The notes beneath the pieces are model-generated. The model was not told the origin of the DNA and searched no databases. It worked only from the letters and a program-made list of their open reading frames with translations. The position numbers and the translations under genes were made by a program. This document shows positions 17,550 through 26,461 of a stretch of 64,000 bases of DNA, in pieces (within the stretch, counting starts at the first letter, position 1; each line of letters starts with the position of its first letter). Source of the stretch: Gaiellales bacterium (GTDB lineage: Bacteria; Actinomycetota; Thermoleophilia; Gaiellales; JAICJC01); NCBI GenBank assembly GCA_045806525.1, contig JBJMJD010000079.1:2503-66502 (forward strand), given 5' to 3'.

Positions 17550-18494
17550 ATGGGGCGTGTCATCGTATGCATCGTGATGCTGCTCTCAGTCGCTCTGCCG
17601 GCGTCCGCTCGCGCGGGTGATCTGACCATCATGTTCGGCCGCGCCCAGCTGACGACCGCGCTGGGAAAGGGTTGTACGACGCCGCCCGGCGCGATCGACC
17701 TGTGGACGGCTGCCAACGAGCTGAAGGCGCGCGGCCTGACCGCCACCGCCCCGGTTACGAACAGCCAGATCGGCACCAGCACGCGCATCTGCGAGGCCGG
17801 GTCGCGGTACATGACCTGGGCGGATCTCGACGTGCTTCGCGACAGCTACGGCTGGTCGATCACCCCACGCGGCCTGACCAGCGACCCGCTGTCGACCGTG
17901 ACCGACCCGGCGGTGCTCACCGCCAACGTCTGCGGCTCCCGGGACGTGATCGAGTCGCACGGCCACATGCGCGCCTGGGGATTGTTCGCGTGGCCGAAGA
18001 ACCGCTGGACCGCGGCCGAAGAGGCCACGTTCGTTCCCCCCTGCTTCGCGTTCGGCCGCCGCTACGTGCTGGAGACGAAGTCGAACCCGTTGCCGATCAC
18101 CGGGCCGTACTGGTGGGCGAACGTGATCAGCGTGAACGGCGGGCCCTGCCTCAATCCGGCGCTGCCCTGCCACTCGCTGGCGGTGCAGTTCAGCCGCGGC
18201 TACATGCAGCCGTCAGCGCTCGCCGCGACGGCGCAGAAGGCCTATGGGGCGTTCTGGACCGCAATCCAGTGGTACCGGTTCGTATCCGGCAAGTACGGGA
18301 CGCTGGGCACCGGCTACGCGTGGGACTGCACGTCGCCCGATCCCGCCGGCCACTGGACGGGCAAGGCCGAGCTGTACTGCTACAACGACTTCCTGGCCAC
18401 CCTCAACGGCATCGACATGACCCGGCTGACGGTCACCGATCCGGCAGGTGTGGCCGACCAGCAGGGACTGGCCCCGGCCCAGCCCGTGCACTGA
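17550..18494 (+). CDS. Secreted Cys/Trp-rich protein, unknown function (weak resemblance to polysaccharide deacetylases)
   Basis: AGGAGAG RBS. Signal MGRVIVCIVMLLSVALPASARA. MTWADLDVLRDSYGWSI is reminiscent of CE4 enzymes, but the catalytic motifs are not evident. Confidence 0.55.
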   Translation: MGRVIVCIVMLLSVALPASARAGDLTIMFGRAQLTTALGKGCTTPPGAIDLWTAANELKARGLTATAPVTNSQIGTSTRICEAGSRYMTWADLDVLRDSYGWSITPRGLTSDPLSTVTDPAVLTANVCGSRDVIESHGHMRAWGLFAWPKNRWTAAEEATFVPPCFAFGRRYVLETKSNPLPITGPYWWANVISVNGGPCLNPALPCHSLAVQFSRGYMQPSALAATAQKAYGAFWTAIQWYRFVSGKYGTLGTGYAWDCTSPDPAGHWTGKAELYCYNDFLATLNGIDMTRLTVTDPAGVADQQGLAPAQPVH

Positions 18495-18568
18495 GCGCCG
18501 CCGCGCGATCGATGGCGCGCCCGCCACCACCAGCGCGGGGCTGTTCACGCACTGTGTACGCTTGCGCC

Positions 18569-19054
18569 GTGAACGACACCACCCCCATCGCCGTGCTTTC
18601 CTCGCCCCAGGGCGCCGACGAGGCCGTCGAGCTGCTGCACGGCAACGGCATCAAGTGCGCGGTCGCAGACCCGGTGCTGACGACGTTCGGGTCGAACCAG
18701 ATGGGCTCCGGCTACACGGTGATCGTGGCCACCGAGGACAAGAAACGGGCCAAGCAGGCGCTGGAGGGCATGCTGGCGGCCAAGTGGTTCCTTCGCACCA
18801 GCTCCGGTCAGCGCTACCACGCCTTCGAGACTGCCACCGCCGACGAGATCCGCGAGCACCTTGCCGAGGCCCGTGAGCCGGACGGTGGCTGGTCGTCGAC
18901 CGACATCGGGCACCTCACCGACCTGCTCGATCAGCACCGCCACGCGTACGTGGGCAAGCTCTTCAAGCACGGTCATCCGCTCGAAGGCCGGACGCTCGAC
19001 GAGTGGGCCGTCGCCTGCGGCTGCGAGCACGTGCACACCGACGTGCACGGCTAG
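18569..19054 (+). CDS. Hypothetical protein with a DUF2007-like N-terminal domain and a His-rich C-terminus
   Basis: GTG at 18569 within track ORF 17672..19054. IAVLSSPQGADEAVELLHGNGIKC...YTVIVATEDKKRAKQAL. Confidence 0.45.
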   Translation: MNDTTPIAVLSSPQGADEAVELLHGNGIKCAVADPVLTTFGSNQMGSGYTVIVATEDKKRAKQALEGMLAAKWFLRTSSGQRYHAFETATADEIREHLAEAREPDGGWSSTDIGHLTDLLDQHRHAYVGKLFKHGHPLEGRTLDEWAVACGCEHVHTDVHG

Positions 19055-19146
19055 CGCCGGCCATTCCTGCGTGGCGGTCATGAACCGCTACGGCCCGACC
19101 ACCGTACCCCGGGTAGTGAAGTCCAAGATACCCGAGGAGGTACCTC

Positions 19147-19284
19147 GTGAGCACCAACACACCTGAGACCACGCCCGGCCGCAACTGGGCTGTCTGGATC
19201 GGCCTGGCGGTCGCAGCGGTGATCGTCGTCGGGCTGCTCGTCTACGCGGGCGGCGGCGGTGGCGGCGGAGGCGGCGGCTACTGA
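19147..19284 (+). CDS. 45-codon single-TM protein with a poly-Gly tail (below the track cutoff)
   Basis: GAGGAGG (19134-40) lies 6 nt upstream of the GTG. Translation is VSTNTPETTPGRNWAVWIGLAVAAVIVVGLLVYAGGGGGGGGGGY. Confidence 0.35.
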   Translation: MSTNTPETTPGRNWAVWIGLAVAAVIVVGLLVYAGGGGGGGGGGY

Positions 19285-19333
19285 TCCAGCGGACGGACGG
19301 GAACGATCGAGACCCGGTGAGCGTCTCAATGGC

Positions 19334-19714
19334 ATGCGAATCGTTCTCCCCGTCACCGCCGCCGTTCTCGCGGCCTCGGCCATTGCCGGCGGCTGCCTCG
19401 GCGGCGTCTCCCACGACGACGTCGCGACGGTGCCCACCACCGGCGTAGTCGTCACCGTGGGCGGCCCGGCGCCCGGAGCCCCCGCGCCGATCCCAGGCGT
19501 GGAGCTACGCCTGGGAGGCGCGGGCGGCTCCGTGAACCTTCGCGCCGACCAGCGCGGCCGGTTCACCGTCGACCTCGCGCCCGGCACCTACCGCGTCACG
19601 ATCACGGGCCACGGGCCGACGGCGAACGGACTCCCGATGCAGCCGACGCCCACCGCCATCGTCGTCCCACACGCTCGCGGCGAGCGCGTGCGACTGGTCG
19701 TCCCGATCAAGTAG
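19334..19714 (+). CDS. Lipoprotein with a carboxypeptidase-regulatory-like beta-sandwich signature
   Basis: ATG at 19334 within track ORF 19259..19714. Lipobox IAGGC. RGRFTVDLAPGTYRVTITG pattern. Confidence 0.5.
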   Translation: MRIVLPVTAAVLAASAIAGGCLGGVSHDDVATVPTTGVVVTVGGPAPGAPAPIPGVELRLGGAGGSVNLRADQRGRFTVDLAPGTYRVTITGHGPTANGLPMQPTPTAIVVPHARGERVRLVVPIK

Positions 19715-19810
19715 CAGGCGCCACGTAAATGGGAAGGTGGCCGGCCGCCGAAAAGCGTGACCAACCTCACCCCGCCTGCACCCGACCCATCCTGCAAGCG
19801 CTCGACGCTT

Positions 19811-19839
19811 TTGTAACACGACAAGCAACGATGTACCAT
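19811..19839 (+). promoter_or_regulatory. Predicted sigma-70-type promoter for the L,D-transpeptidase gene
   Basis: TTGTAA (19811-16), a 17-nt spacer, then TACCAT (19834-39). It sits in a locally AT-rich patch 47 nt upstream of the GTG at 19886. Confidence 0.35.
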
Positions 19840-19885
19840 CAGCGCCTCGGCCGCAACGGATAGCCGAGAGGACGGGGGTCCATGG

Positions 19886-20947
19886 GTGCTCGGGCTGCTT
19901 ACTGAGCGACGGCGTGTACGACGGTGGATTGGGATCTTGGCGGTGGGGCTGGCGCTGCTTGCGGTGGCCCTTCCCGCCCAGGCACGCGCTTCCGACGGCC
20001 CGCGGTTCCTGCTCGTATCGGCCCCCCACGGCGCAACCGTGCGTTCCTCGCCCGGGGGCACAACCGTGGCCCACCTGCCCGCCGCCACACCGCTGGGGGC
20101 GCCGACCTGGCTGTGGGTGCTACGCACCACCCCGCATCACCGCTGGGGACGCGTTGTGCTGCCCCTGAAGCCGAACGGCCGCACCGGCTGGATCAACCTG
20201 CGCGGCCTTCGCACAGTCCACACCGGTACCTGGATCCGCGCCAGCCTCCACGGCCGCCGCATCTGGCTGATGCACGGATCGCACGCGCTGGCCTCGTTCT
20301 CGGCCGCCATCGGCGCGGTCGCCACCCCCACCCCCGTTGGCCGCTTCAGCGTCACCGACAGCCTCGCAACCGGTCACTCCTCCGGCCCGTTCGGCTGGTA
20401 TGCCTTCGGCCTGTCCGGGCACCAGCCGCAGCTGCCTCCGGGCTGGTCCGGCGGCGACCAGCTGGCGATCCACGGCACCGACGATCCGGCGTCGATCGGC
20501 ACCGCGGCATCCCATGGCTGTCTCCGCGTCTCACCGCAGGCGCTCGCGCGCCTGCGCCCGGCTCTGCGCCTGGGCACGCCGGTCGTGATCATGCCCAGCG
20601 CCCGACGTGCCATGGTCGTTGCCCGAGCCTCAGCATGGCCGCGACGACCGGCTGCGCCTCGTCCACCGCCCGCCCGGTCCGCCACGAACGGATTCCCGAC
20701 CGCTCTCGTGCTGCGCGTGGCGCAGTCCGTGCTGACCGCGTCGCTCGCGAGCACCGTCTCCTTGCACATCGTCGCCCCGATGGCCGCGACGGCGCCGCCC
20801 GCGGTCCTGCCCCGTCGTTTTGACGGCCCCGCGCACCGCCATGGCCTGCGCACCCACTCCACCCCGATCCGCTACCCCCACTCGCTGCGCGCCGCAGCGC
20901 CGGGAAGCCTGCTCTCGGCCGGCCTGCGGCTCTTACCTGTGGGGTAG
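19886..20947 (+). CDS. L,D-transpeptidase (YkuD domain) with a ~120-aa low-complexity C-terminal extension
   Basis: Signal/TM WIGILAVGLALLAVALPAQA. YkuD core LAIHGTDDPASIGTAASHGCLRV. The frame stays open to 20947 and overlaps the 3' end of lhgO. Confidence 0.7.
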   Translation: MLGLLTERRRVRRWIGILAVGLALLAVALPAQARASDGPRFLLVSAPHGATVRSSPGGTTVAHLPAATPLGAPTWLWVLRTTPHHRWGRVVLPLKPNGRTGWINLRGLRTVHTGTWIRASLHGRRIWLMHGSHALASFSAAIGAVATPTPVGRFSVTDSLATGHSSGPFGWYAFGLSGHQPQLPPGWSGGDQLAIHGTDDPASIGTAASHGCLRVSPQALARLRPALRLGTPVVIMPSARRAMVVARASAWPRRPAAPRPPPARSATNGFPTALVLRVAQSVLTASLASTVSLHIVAPMAATAPPAVLPRRFDGPAHRHGLRTHSTPIRYPHSLRAAAPGSLLSAGLRLLPVG

Positions 20948-22159
20948 GTCGAAGGCGCGCTGCGCCTCGTCTGCGATGTACCGGGCGATTGCCAGCGACG
21001 AGGTCGCTGCGGGCGAGGGCGCGTTTCGCACGTGGAGCGCGCGGTCGGTGCGCGAGAAGACGAAGTCGTCGACCAGCCGACCGGCGCGGTCGACCGCCTG
21101 GGCACGGACGCCGGCGAATCCGGGCAGCACATCGCGCTGCCGCAGCTCGGGCACGAGCTCGGCCGCCGCCTCCACGAACGTCCCGCCCGGCAGCAGGTGA
21201 CGGGCCTCGTCGATGCCGGTGCGCCAGAACCGCCGGACCATGCGATAGGTGCCGGGCCACGTGAGCGTGGAGGCGATGTCGGCGGCTCGCACCCGCCGCA
21301 GCGAATATGCGTCGCGGGCGCCGGCCAGGAGCGCGCTTGGCCCGATCAGCACCTCGCCGTCGATGCGCCTGGTCAGGTGCACACCCAGGAATGGCAGCTC
21401 CGGATCTGGCACCGGATACACCATGCCCCGCACCAGCGAGCGCCGCTCCGGCCGCAGCCGCAGGTACGCGCCTCGGAACGGCACGATCCGGGGGTTGGCG
21501 CCGCCGCCGGCCATCGCCGCAAGCCGGTCGGACCAGCCGCCGGCGCAGAACAGCGCGTGCCTCGCGCGCGTCTCACCGTTGGTGTGCGTCAGCCGCAGCC
21601 ACCCGCAGGCGGCCCGCACGCCGGTGACACCGCAGCCGGTGGTGATGGTGCCGCCCGCCGCCTCCACGTCGTCCGCATAGGCGGCGGCCACCCGGCCGTA
21701 GTCGACGATGCCGCTCTCCGGCGAGTGCAGCCCGTCCAGCGCGCGCACGTGCGGCTCGATCTCGGCGATGCCGTCGCGACCCACCCGCGCGAGGCCGGGC
21801 ACGCCGTTGGCGGTACCGCGGCGCTCGAGCTCATCCAGGCGCGCCACCTGGTCGGGCTCGGTCGCGACGATCAGCTTGCCGCACCGCTTGACCGGGATCG
21901 CTCGCGCGTCGCAGTACTCGTACAGCTCGCGGGCTCCGGCCACGCACAGCGCGGCCTTCAGCGATCCCGGCTGGTAGTAGACGCCCTGGTGGACGACGCC
22001 GGAGTTGTGGCTGGTCTGGTGCAGGGCGATCGCGCCTTCGCGCTCCAGCACCTGCAGCGACAGCTGGGGATGGCGGCGCGCCAGCTCGCGGGCCGTGGCC
22101 AGGCCGAGGATGCCGGCGCCGACCACGGCGAGATCGCACTCGCCGCGGGGGCCGCTCAT
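20933..22159 (-). CDS. lhgO: L-2-hydroxyglutarate oxidase/dehydrogenase (FAD-dependent)
   Basis: DLAVVGAGILGLATAREL (GxGxxG), HQTSHNSGVVHQGVYYQPGSLKA. 408 aa. Confidence 0.85.
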   Translation of the reverse strand: MSGPRGECDLAVVGAGILGLATARELARRHPQLSLQVLEREGAIALHQTSHNSGVVHQGVYYQPGSLKAALCVAGARELYEYCDARAIPVKRCGKLIVATEPDQVARLDELERRGTANGVPGLARVGRDGIAEIEPHVRALDGLHSPESGIVDYGRVAAAYADDVEAAGGTITTGCGVTGVRAACGWLRLTHTNGETRARHALFCAGGWSDRLAAMAGGGANPRIVPFRGAYLRLRPERRSLVRGMVYPVPDPELPFLGVHLTRRIDGEVLIGPSALLAGARDAYSLRRVRAADIASTLTWPGTYRMVRRFWRTGIDEARHLLPGGTFVEAAAELVPELRQRDVLPGFAGVRAQAVDRAGRLVDDFVFSRTDRALHVRNAPSPAATSSLAIARYIADEAQRAFDLPHR

Positions 22160-22234
22160 CCCTGCCTCAGCGTGCGCACGACACGTAGTTCGCGTCGCCG
22201 GCGGCGAGCTCCTGCCCGCGGGTCGCCGACGCAG

Positions 22235-22576
22235 CTACCGGGAGCGCGGCTTGCCGTGCGGCAGCAGCGCCGCCGAGACGACCGCGAACACCGCGACCAC
22301 GACCAGCAGTCCACCCTCGACCGCCAGGAACATGTCCTGGCTGATGTCGCCCACCATCCAGTGGTAGGGCACGCCGGTGAGTGCGGCCACCAGGCCGCAG
22401 GCGCCGCCGGCCACGGCCATGATCCGCGTCAGCCGGTAGGCCCCGTCCGAGCGGGTGTCGCCGGGCATGTGCATCGCGAGGATCGCGATCAGCCCGGTGC
22501 ACAGGCAGGACAGCCCCAGCAGCACCATCGCGGTACCCGCAGTCCGTGACCCCTCATACAACCAACCCTCGATCAC
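22235..22576 (-). CDS. Membrane protein, unknown function
   Basis: 113 aa with three predicted TM helices. Confidence 0.5.
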   Translation of the reverse strand: MIEGWLYEGSRTAGTAMVLLGLSCLCTGLIAILAMHMPGDTRSDGAYRLTRIMAVAGGACGLVAALTGVPYHWMVGDISQDMFLAVEGGLLVVVAVFAVVSAALLPHGKPRSR

Positions 22577-22670
22577 CAGCCGAGGCTACACGTGTTCTAC
22601 TGCGCCGGCAACGGGTCTTCACAGACTCCATACAACCGGTCAACCTGGCCGGCGCGGCGCCGGACGCGGT

Positions 22671-23087
22671 TTAGTTGCTCTTGTTCTGCTTCTTGGACGC
22701 GGGCGCCGCCGCCTGGGCCGCCGCCACGCCGGCGGCGTATCCCGATGCGTAGCCCGCGGTGCGGCCCTTCTTGATGCCGGCGGTGCGGCCCCTCTTGATG
22801 CCGGCCACCATCCCGTCGTGCTTGCCCTGGCGGTAGCCGGCGTTCTGGCCGGTGTCCTTGCCCTTGACGAGGCCGGCCGAGTATCCGGCATCGTGGCCGC
22901 TCTGGTACGCGCTGTGCTGGGCGGCGGCGAGGTCTGACTGCGATATGCCCGAGCCCGTGTGCACGGTGTACGCGGCGATGCCCACGACCATCGAGAGCAT
23001 GGCGGCGAGCGCCAGCGCGAGCAGCAGCGCGGCCGGGCTGAAGCGCGGCAGCGAGGTCGGAAGCGGGTTTGACGAGGTCGATGACAT
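22671..23087 (-). CDS. Membrane-anchored protein with degenerate G-Y/K-x-x-G repeats
   Basis: TM ALLLALALAAMLSMVVGIAAY, then repeats such as GHDAGYSAG, GKHDGMVAG, KRGRTAGIKKGRTAGYASGYAAG. Confidence 0.5.
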   Translation of the reverse strand: MSSTSSNPLPTSLPRFSPAALLLALALAAMLSMVVGIAAYTVHTGSGISQSDLAAAQHSAYQSGHDAGYSAGLVKGKDTGQNAGYRQGKHDGMVAGIKRGRTAGIKKGRTAGYASGYAAGVAAAQAAAPASKKQNKSN

Positions 23088-23103
23088 GGGACCTCAGACG
23101 TGC

Positions 23104-24540
23104 TTAGCCCTCGACGGTGAATCTCCTGCCCAGCGTCGCGATCCGCTCCAGCGACTCCTCACGGCCCAGCAGCACCAGGCTCTCGAACAGGCCGGGGGCC
23201 ACGGTGCGCCCCGAGATGGCCACTCGCACCGGCCCGAACAGCACCCGCGGCTTGAGGCCGGTCTCCTCGCAGGCGCCGCGCAGCGCCTCCTCGATCGATC
23301 CCGCATCCCACTTCTCCACCCGCCGCAGCGCCTCGGTGGCCGACTCCAGTGCGCGGGGCGCATCCGGGTCGTCGAGCACCCGCCCGACCGCCTCGTCGTC
23401 GTAGACCACCGGGCCGAACAGGAACCCGGCGAACCCCTCGAACTGGCTCAGCACGCGCAGCTTGTCCTGCACGATCGGCGCCACCTCGGCCACGCGCTCG
23501 CGCTGGGCTGCCAGCCGCGAACCGCTCCGCTCCAGGTAGGCCTGCAGTTCCTCGACGAACCGGTCCGGCTCCAGCAGCCGCAGGTGCTCCCCGTTCAGCC
23601 ACTCCAGCTTGGCCACGTCGAACACGCCCGGGCTGCGGTTGACCCGCTCGATGGTGAACCGCTCCACCAGCTCGGGCGTGGTCATGACGGTGGTCTTGTC
23701 GTCAAAGCTCCAGCCGATCAGGGCGAGATAGTTCCGCATCGTCTCGGCCAGGTAGCCGCGATCGCGGAATTCCTCCACCGATACGGCCCCGTGGCGTTTG
23801 GAGAGCTTCTTCTTGTTCGGCCCCAGGATCATCGGCAGGTGCGCGAACAGCGGCTCCGGCGCGCCCAGTGCCCGGTACACGGCCAGCTGCCTCGGCGTCG
23901 ACGACAACAGGTCCTCGCCCCGCAGCACGTGGGTGATCCCGGCGTCGATGTCATCCACCGGATTCGCGAACTGGTAGGTCGGGGTGCCGTCGGAGCGAAG
24001 GATGATGAAGTCGCCCTGGAGTGCGTTGTCCCACTGAACAACGCCGCGCACCAGGTCATCGATCACGGTTTCGCCGGTCGAATCGAATAGCATCCGTATG
24101 GCGGACGCGCGACCATCCGCCTCGAACGCCGCGCGCTGCTCGTCGGTCAGGTCGCGGCAGCGGCCGGAGTAGATCAGCGGCAGCTGTGCCGCCTGACGCT
24201 GCTTGCGCTCGGCCTCCAGCTCCTCGGGCGTGCAGTAGCAGCGGTAGGCGCTGCCCTCAGATACCAGTCCTTCGGCGATCTCTCCGTAGACGTGCAGGCG
24301 CTCGCTCTGGCGGATCGGGCCCTCATCCCAGTCGATGCCCAGCCACTCCAGCACGCGCAGCGCCTGGTCGACCGCCTCGTCGGTCGAGCGGGCGCGGTCG
24401 GTGTCCTCGAACCGGAGCACCAGCGACCCGCCGGTATGCCGGGCGTAGAGCCAGTTGTAGAGCGCGGTGCGGGCGCTGCCGACGTGCAGCAGCCCGGTTG
24501 GAGAGGGCGGAAACCTGACTTTCACCGGTCGCTCAGGCAT
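23104..24540 (-). CDS. gltX: Glutamate--tRNA ligase
   Basis: ATG at 24540 within track ORF 23104..25428. RFPPSPTGLLHVGSARTALYN (HIGH), KLSKRHG (KMSKS). 478 aa. Confidence 0.92.
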   Translation of the reverse strand: MPERPVKVRFPPSPTGLLHVGSARTALYNWLYARHTGGSLVLRFEDTDRARSTDEAVDQALRVLEWLGIDWDEGPIRQSERLHVYGEIAEGLVSEGSAYRCYCTPEELEAERKQRQAAQLPLIYSGRCRDLTDEQRAAFEADGRASAIRMLFDSTGETVIDDLVRGVVQWDNALQGDFIILRSDGTPTYQFANPVDDIDAGITHVLRGEDLLSSTPRQLAVYRALGAPEPLFAHLPMILGPNKKKLSKRHGAVSVEEFRDRGYLAETMRNYLALIGWSFDDKTTVMTTPELVERFTIERVNRSPGVFDVAKLEWLNGEHLRLLEPDRFVEELQAYLERSGSRLAAQRERVAEVAPIVQDKLRVLSQFEGFAGFLFGPVVYDDEAVGRVLDDPDAPRALESATEALRRVEKWDAGSIEEALRGACEETGLKPRVLFGPVRVAISGRTVAPGLFESLVLLGREESLERIATLGRRFTVEG

Positions 24541-24591
24541 TCCGCAGATCCTACCGACCGGCGTGCCAGGCACGCCTCTAGACTGCCGATC

Positions 24592-25473
24592 ATGCAGCTG
24601 GGCGCCCACGTATCGAGCACGGGAGGTATTGACACGGCCGTCGATCGGGCCGATGCGCTGCGCCTGCGGTCGATCCAGATCTTCAGCCAGAGCACGCGCA
24701 TGTGGCGCCAGACCAACCACACGCCGGAGGCGATCGCACGGTTCCGGGAACGCCGCGCCGAGACCGGCCTGGGCGCAGCCGTGATCCACGCCACGTACCT
24801 GATCAACCTCGCCGCCACCGACGACGCCGTCTATGCGAAGTCGCTGAAGGCGCTCGCATCCACCGTCGGCGTGGGCACGGCCATCGGCGCCGACGGCGTC
24901 GTGTTCCACGTCGGCAGCCACCTGGGCCGCGGCCTCGAAGCCGCCATGCACCAGATCGTGCCGGGGCTGCAGGTGGTGCTGGGCGAGCGCGACCCCGACG
25001 GCCCCTGGCTGCTGCTCGAAAACAGCGCTGGGCACCAGGGCACAATCGGCGTCACCGTCGAGGAGCTGGCGCTGATCATCGACGAGCTGGGACGGCCGGA
25101 GCGGGTCGGCATCTGCCTCGACACCTGCCACCTGTTCGCGACCGGGATCGACATCACCACGCCCGAGGGCGTGGACGCGCTGCTCGACGAGGTCGACGCG
25201 CGGATCGGCCTCGACCGGCTGCGCTGCCTGCACGTGAACGACTCGAAGCTGCCGTTCGGCTCGAACCGCGACCGGCACGCCAACATCGGACAGGGCGAGA
25301 TCGGCAAGAGGCTGTCGGTGATGCTCGGACACCCCAAGCTGCAGCAGCTTCCGGCCATCGCCGAGACGCCGGGATCCGACAACCGCGGGCCGGACAAGGC
25401 CGAGATGGCCCGGTTCTCCCGCATCCACCGGGCGGGCGTGAAGCAGTGGCAGACGGTGACGTCGTCGAGATAG
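24592..25473 (+). CDS. nfo: Endonuclease IV
   Basis: HATYLINLA, HVGSH, LENSAG, CLDTCH and HVNDS motifs. ATG at 24592 within track ORF 24292..25473. Confidence 0.9.
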   Translation: MQLGAHVSSTGGIDTAVDRADALRLRSIQIFSQSTRMWRQTNHTPEAIARFRERRAETGLGAAVIHATYLINLAATDDAVYAKSLKALASTVGVGTAIGADGVVFHVGSHLGRGLEAAMHQIVPGLQVVLGERDPDGPWLLLENSAGHQGTIGVTVEELALIIDELGRPERVGICLDTCHLFATGIDITTPEGVDALLDEVDARIGLDRLRCLHVNDSKLPFGSNRDRHANIGQGEIGKRLSVMLGHPKLQQLPAIAETPGSDNRGPDKAEMARFSRIHRAGVKQWQTVTSSR

Positions 25474-25886
25474 GCGCCGCGGCGCCGCTGCCGGTGTCGG
25501 AGCTCGACTTCCGCTTCACGCGATCAGGCGGCCCCGGCGGACAGCACGTGAACACGTCCAGCACGCGGGCCGAGCTGACGTTCGACCTGGCCGGCTCGCC
25601 CACGCTGACCGACCAGGAGCGCGAGCGCGCGATGCGGCGGCTGCGCACGCGGCTGGACGGCGAGGGCAGGTTGCGGGTGGTCGCCCAGGACGAGCGCAGC
25701 CAGAGCCGCAACCGCTCGCTAGCGCTGCGGCGCTTCGCGGAGCTGATGCAGCGGGCGCTGGCGCCGCCGCCACCCCCGCGCCGTCCCACCCGGCCCAGCC
25801 GGGCCTCAGCCACCAAGCGCATCGAGGGCAAGCGGCGAGCGGGCCAGAACAAGCGGCTGCGCCGCCCGCCGGACGCCGATGACTGA
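25446..25886 (+). CDS. arfB: Alternative ribosome-rescue factor / peptidyl-tRNA hydrolase ArfB (class-I RF domain)
   Basis: RSGGPGGQHVNTSSTR GGQ motif plus a basic C-terminal tail KRIEGKRRAGQNKRLRR. GTG at 25446 overlaps the nfo 3' end by 28 nt. Confidence 0.8.
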   Translation: MADGDVVEIGAAAPLPVSELDFRFTRSGGPGGQHVNTSSTRAELTFDLAGSPTLTDQERERAMRRLRTRLDGEGRLRVVAQDERSQSRNRSLALRRFAELMQRALAPPPPPRRPTRPSRASATKRIEGKRRAGQNKRLRRPPDADD

Positions 25887-25895
25887 ACCAACCAT

Positions 25896-26459
25896 CTAGT
25901 CCCCCGGGGCGGCCGCATAGTGCAGGTGCACCACGCCGCTTGCGAACCGGCGCTCGTCCAGCAGTTCCAGCCGCAGCCGCACTCCGTCCGGCAGCGCCCG
26001 GGTGCCGCCTCCCATCAGCAGCGGCGACAGGAACAGGTGGCACTCGTCCACCAGTCCGGCGGCCAGCGCCTGGCCGGCCAGCTCCGGTCCGCCGACTGAG
26101 ATGTCGCGCTCCGTGGTCGCCTTCATCTGCCGCACGACCTCCGGCTCGAACTCCCGCTCGATCCTCGTCCGTTCGCTCGCGACGCCCTCCAGCGTCCGCG
26201 AGTAGACCACCTTGTCGGCAGCCCACCATATCTCCGCGAAGTCGCGCATCACTTCCGGCTCACCTGCCATCTGCATCGTCTCCCAGGCAACCATCACCTC
26301 GTACATGCGCCGGCCGTAGAGGTGCGTCCCGACCGTCCGTTCGAGGTCGTTGACGAACGCGTGCAGCTCCTCGTCCGGCGCCAGCCGGTCGAAGTTCCCG
26401 TGCTCGTCGGCGACGTAACCGTCGAGGGATGCGATCGCGGAGTGGATCAGCCGCCCCAT
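25896..26459 (-). CDS. Dihydrofolate-reductase-family protein (RibD C-terminal domain type)
   Basis: IASLDGYVADEHG...THLYGRRMYE...ISVGGPELAGQALAAGLVDECHLFLSPLLMGGG. Confidence 0.8.
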   Translation of the reverse strand: MGRLIHSAIASLDGYVADEHGNFDRLAPDEELHAFVNDLERTVGTHLYGRRMYEVMVAWETMQMAGEPEVMRDFAEIWWAADKVVYSRTLEGVASERTRIEREFEPEVVRQMKATTERDISVGGPELAGQALAAGLVDECHLFLSPLLMGGGTRALPDGVRLRLELLDERRFASGVVHLHYAAAPGD

Positions 26460-26461
26460 AT

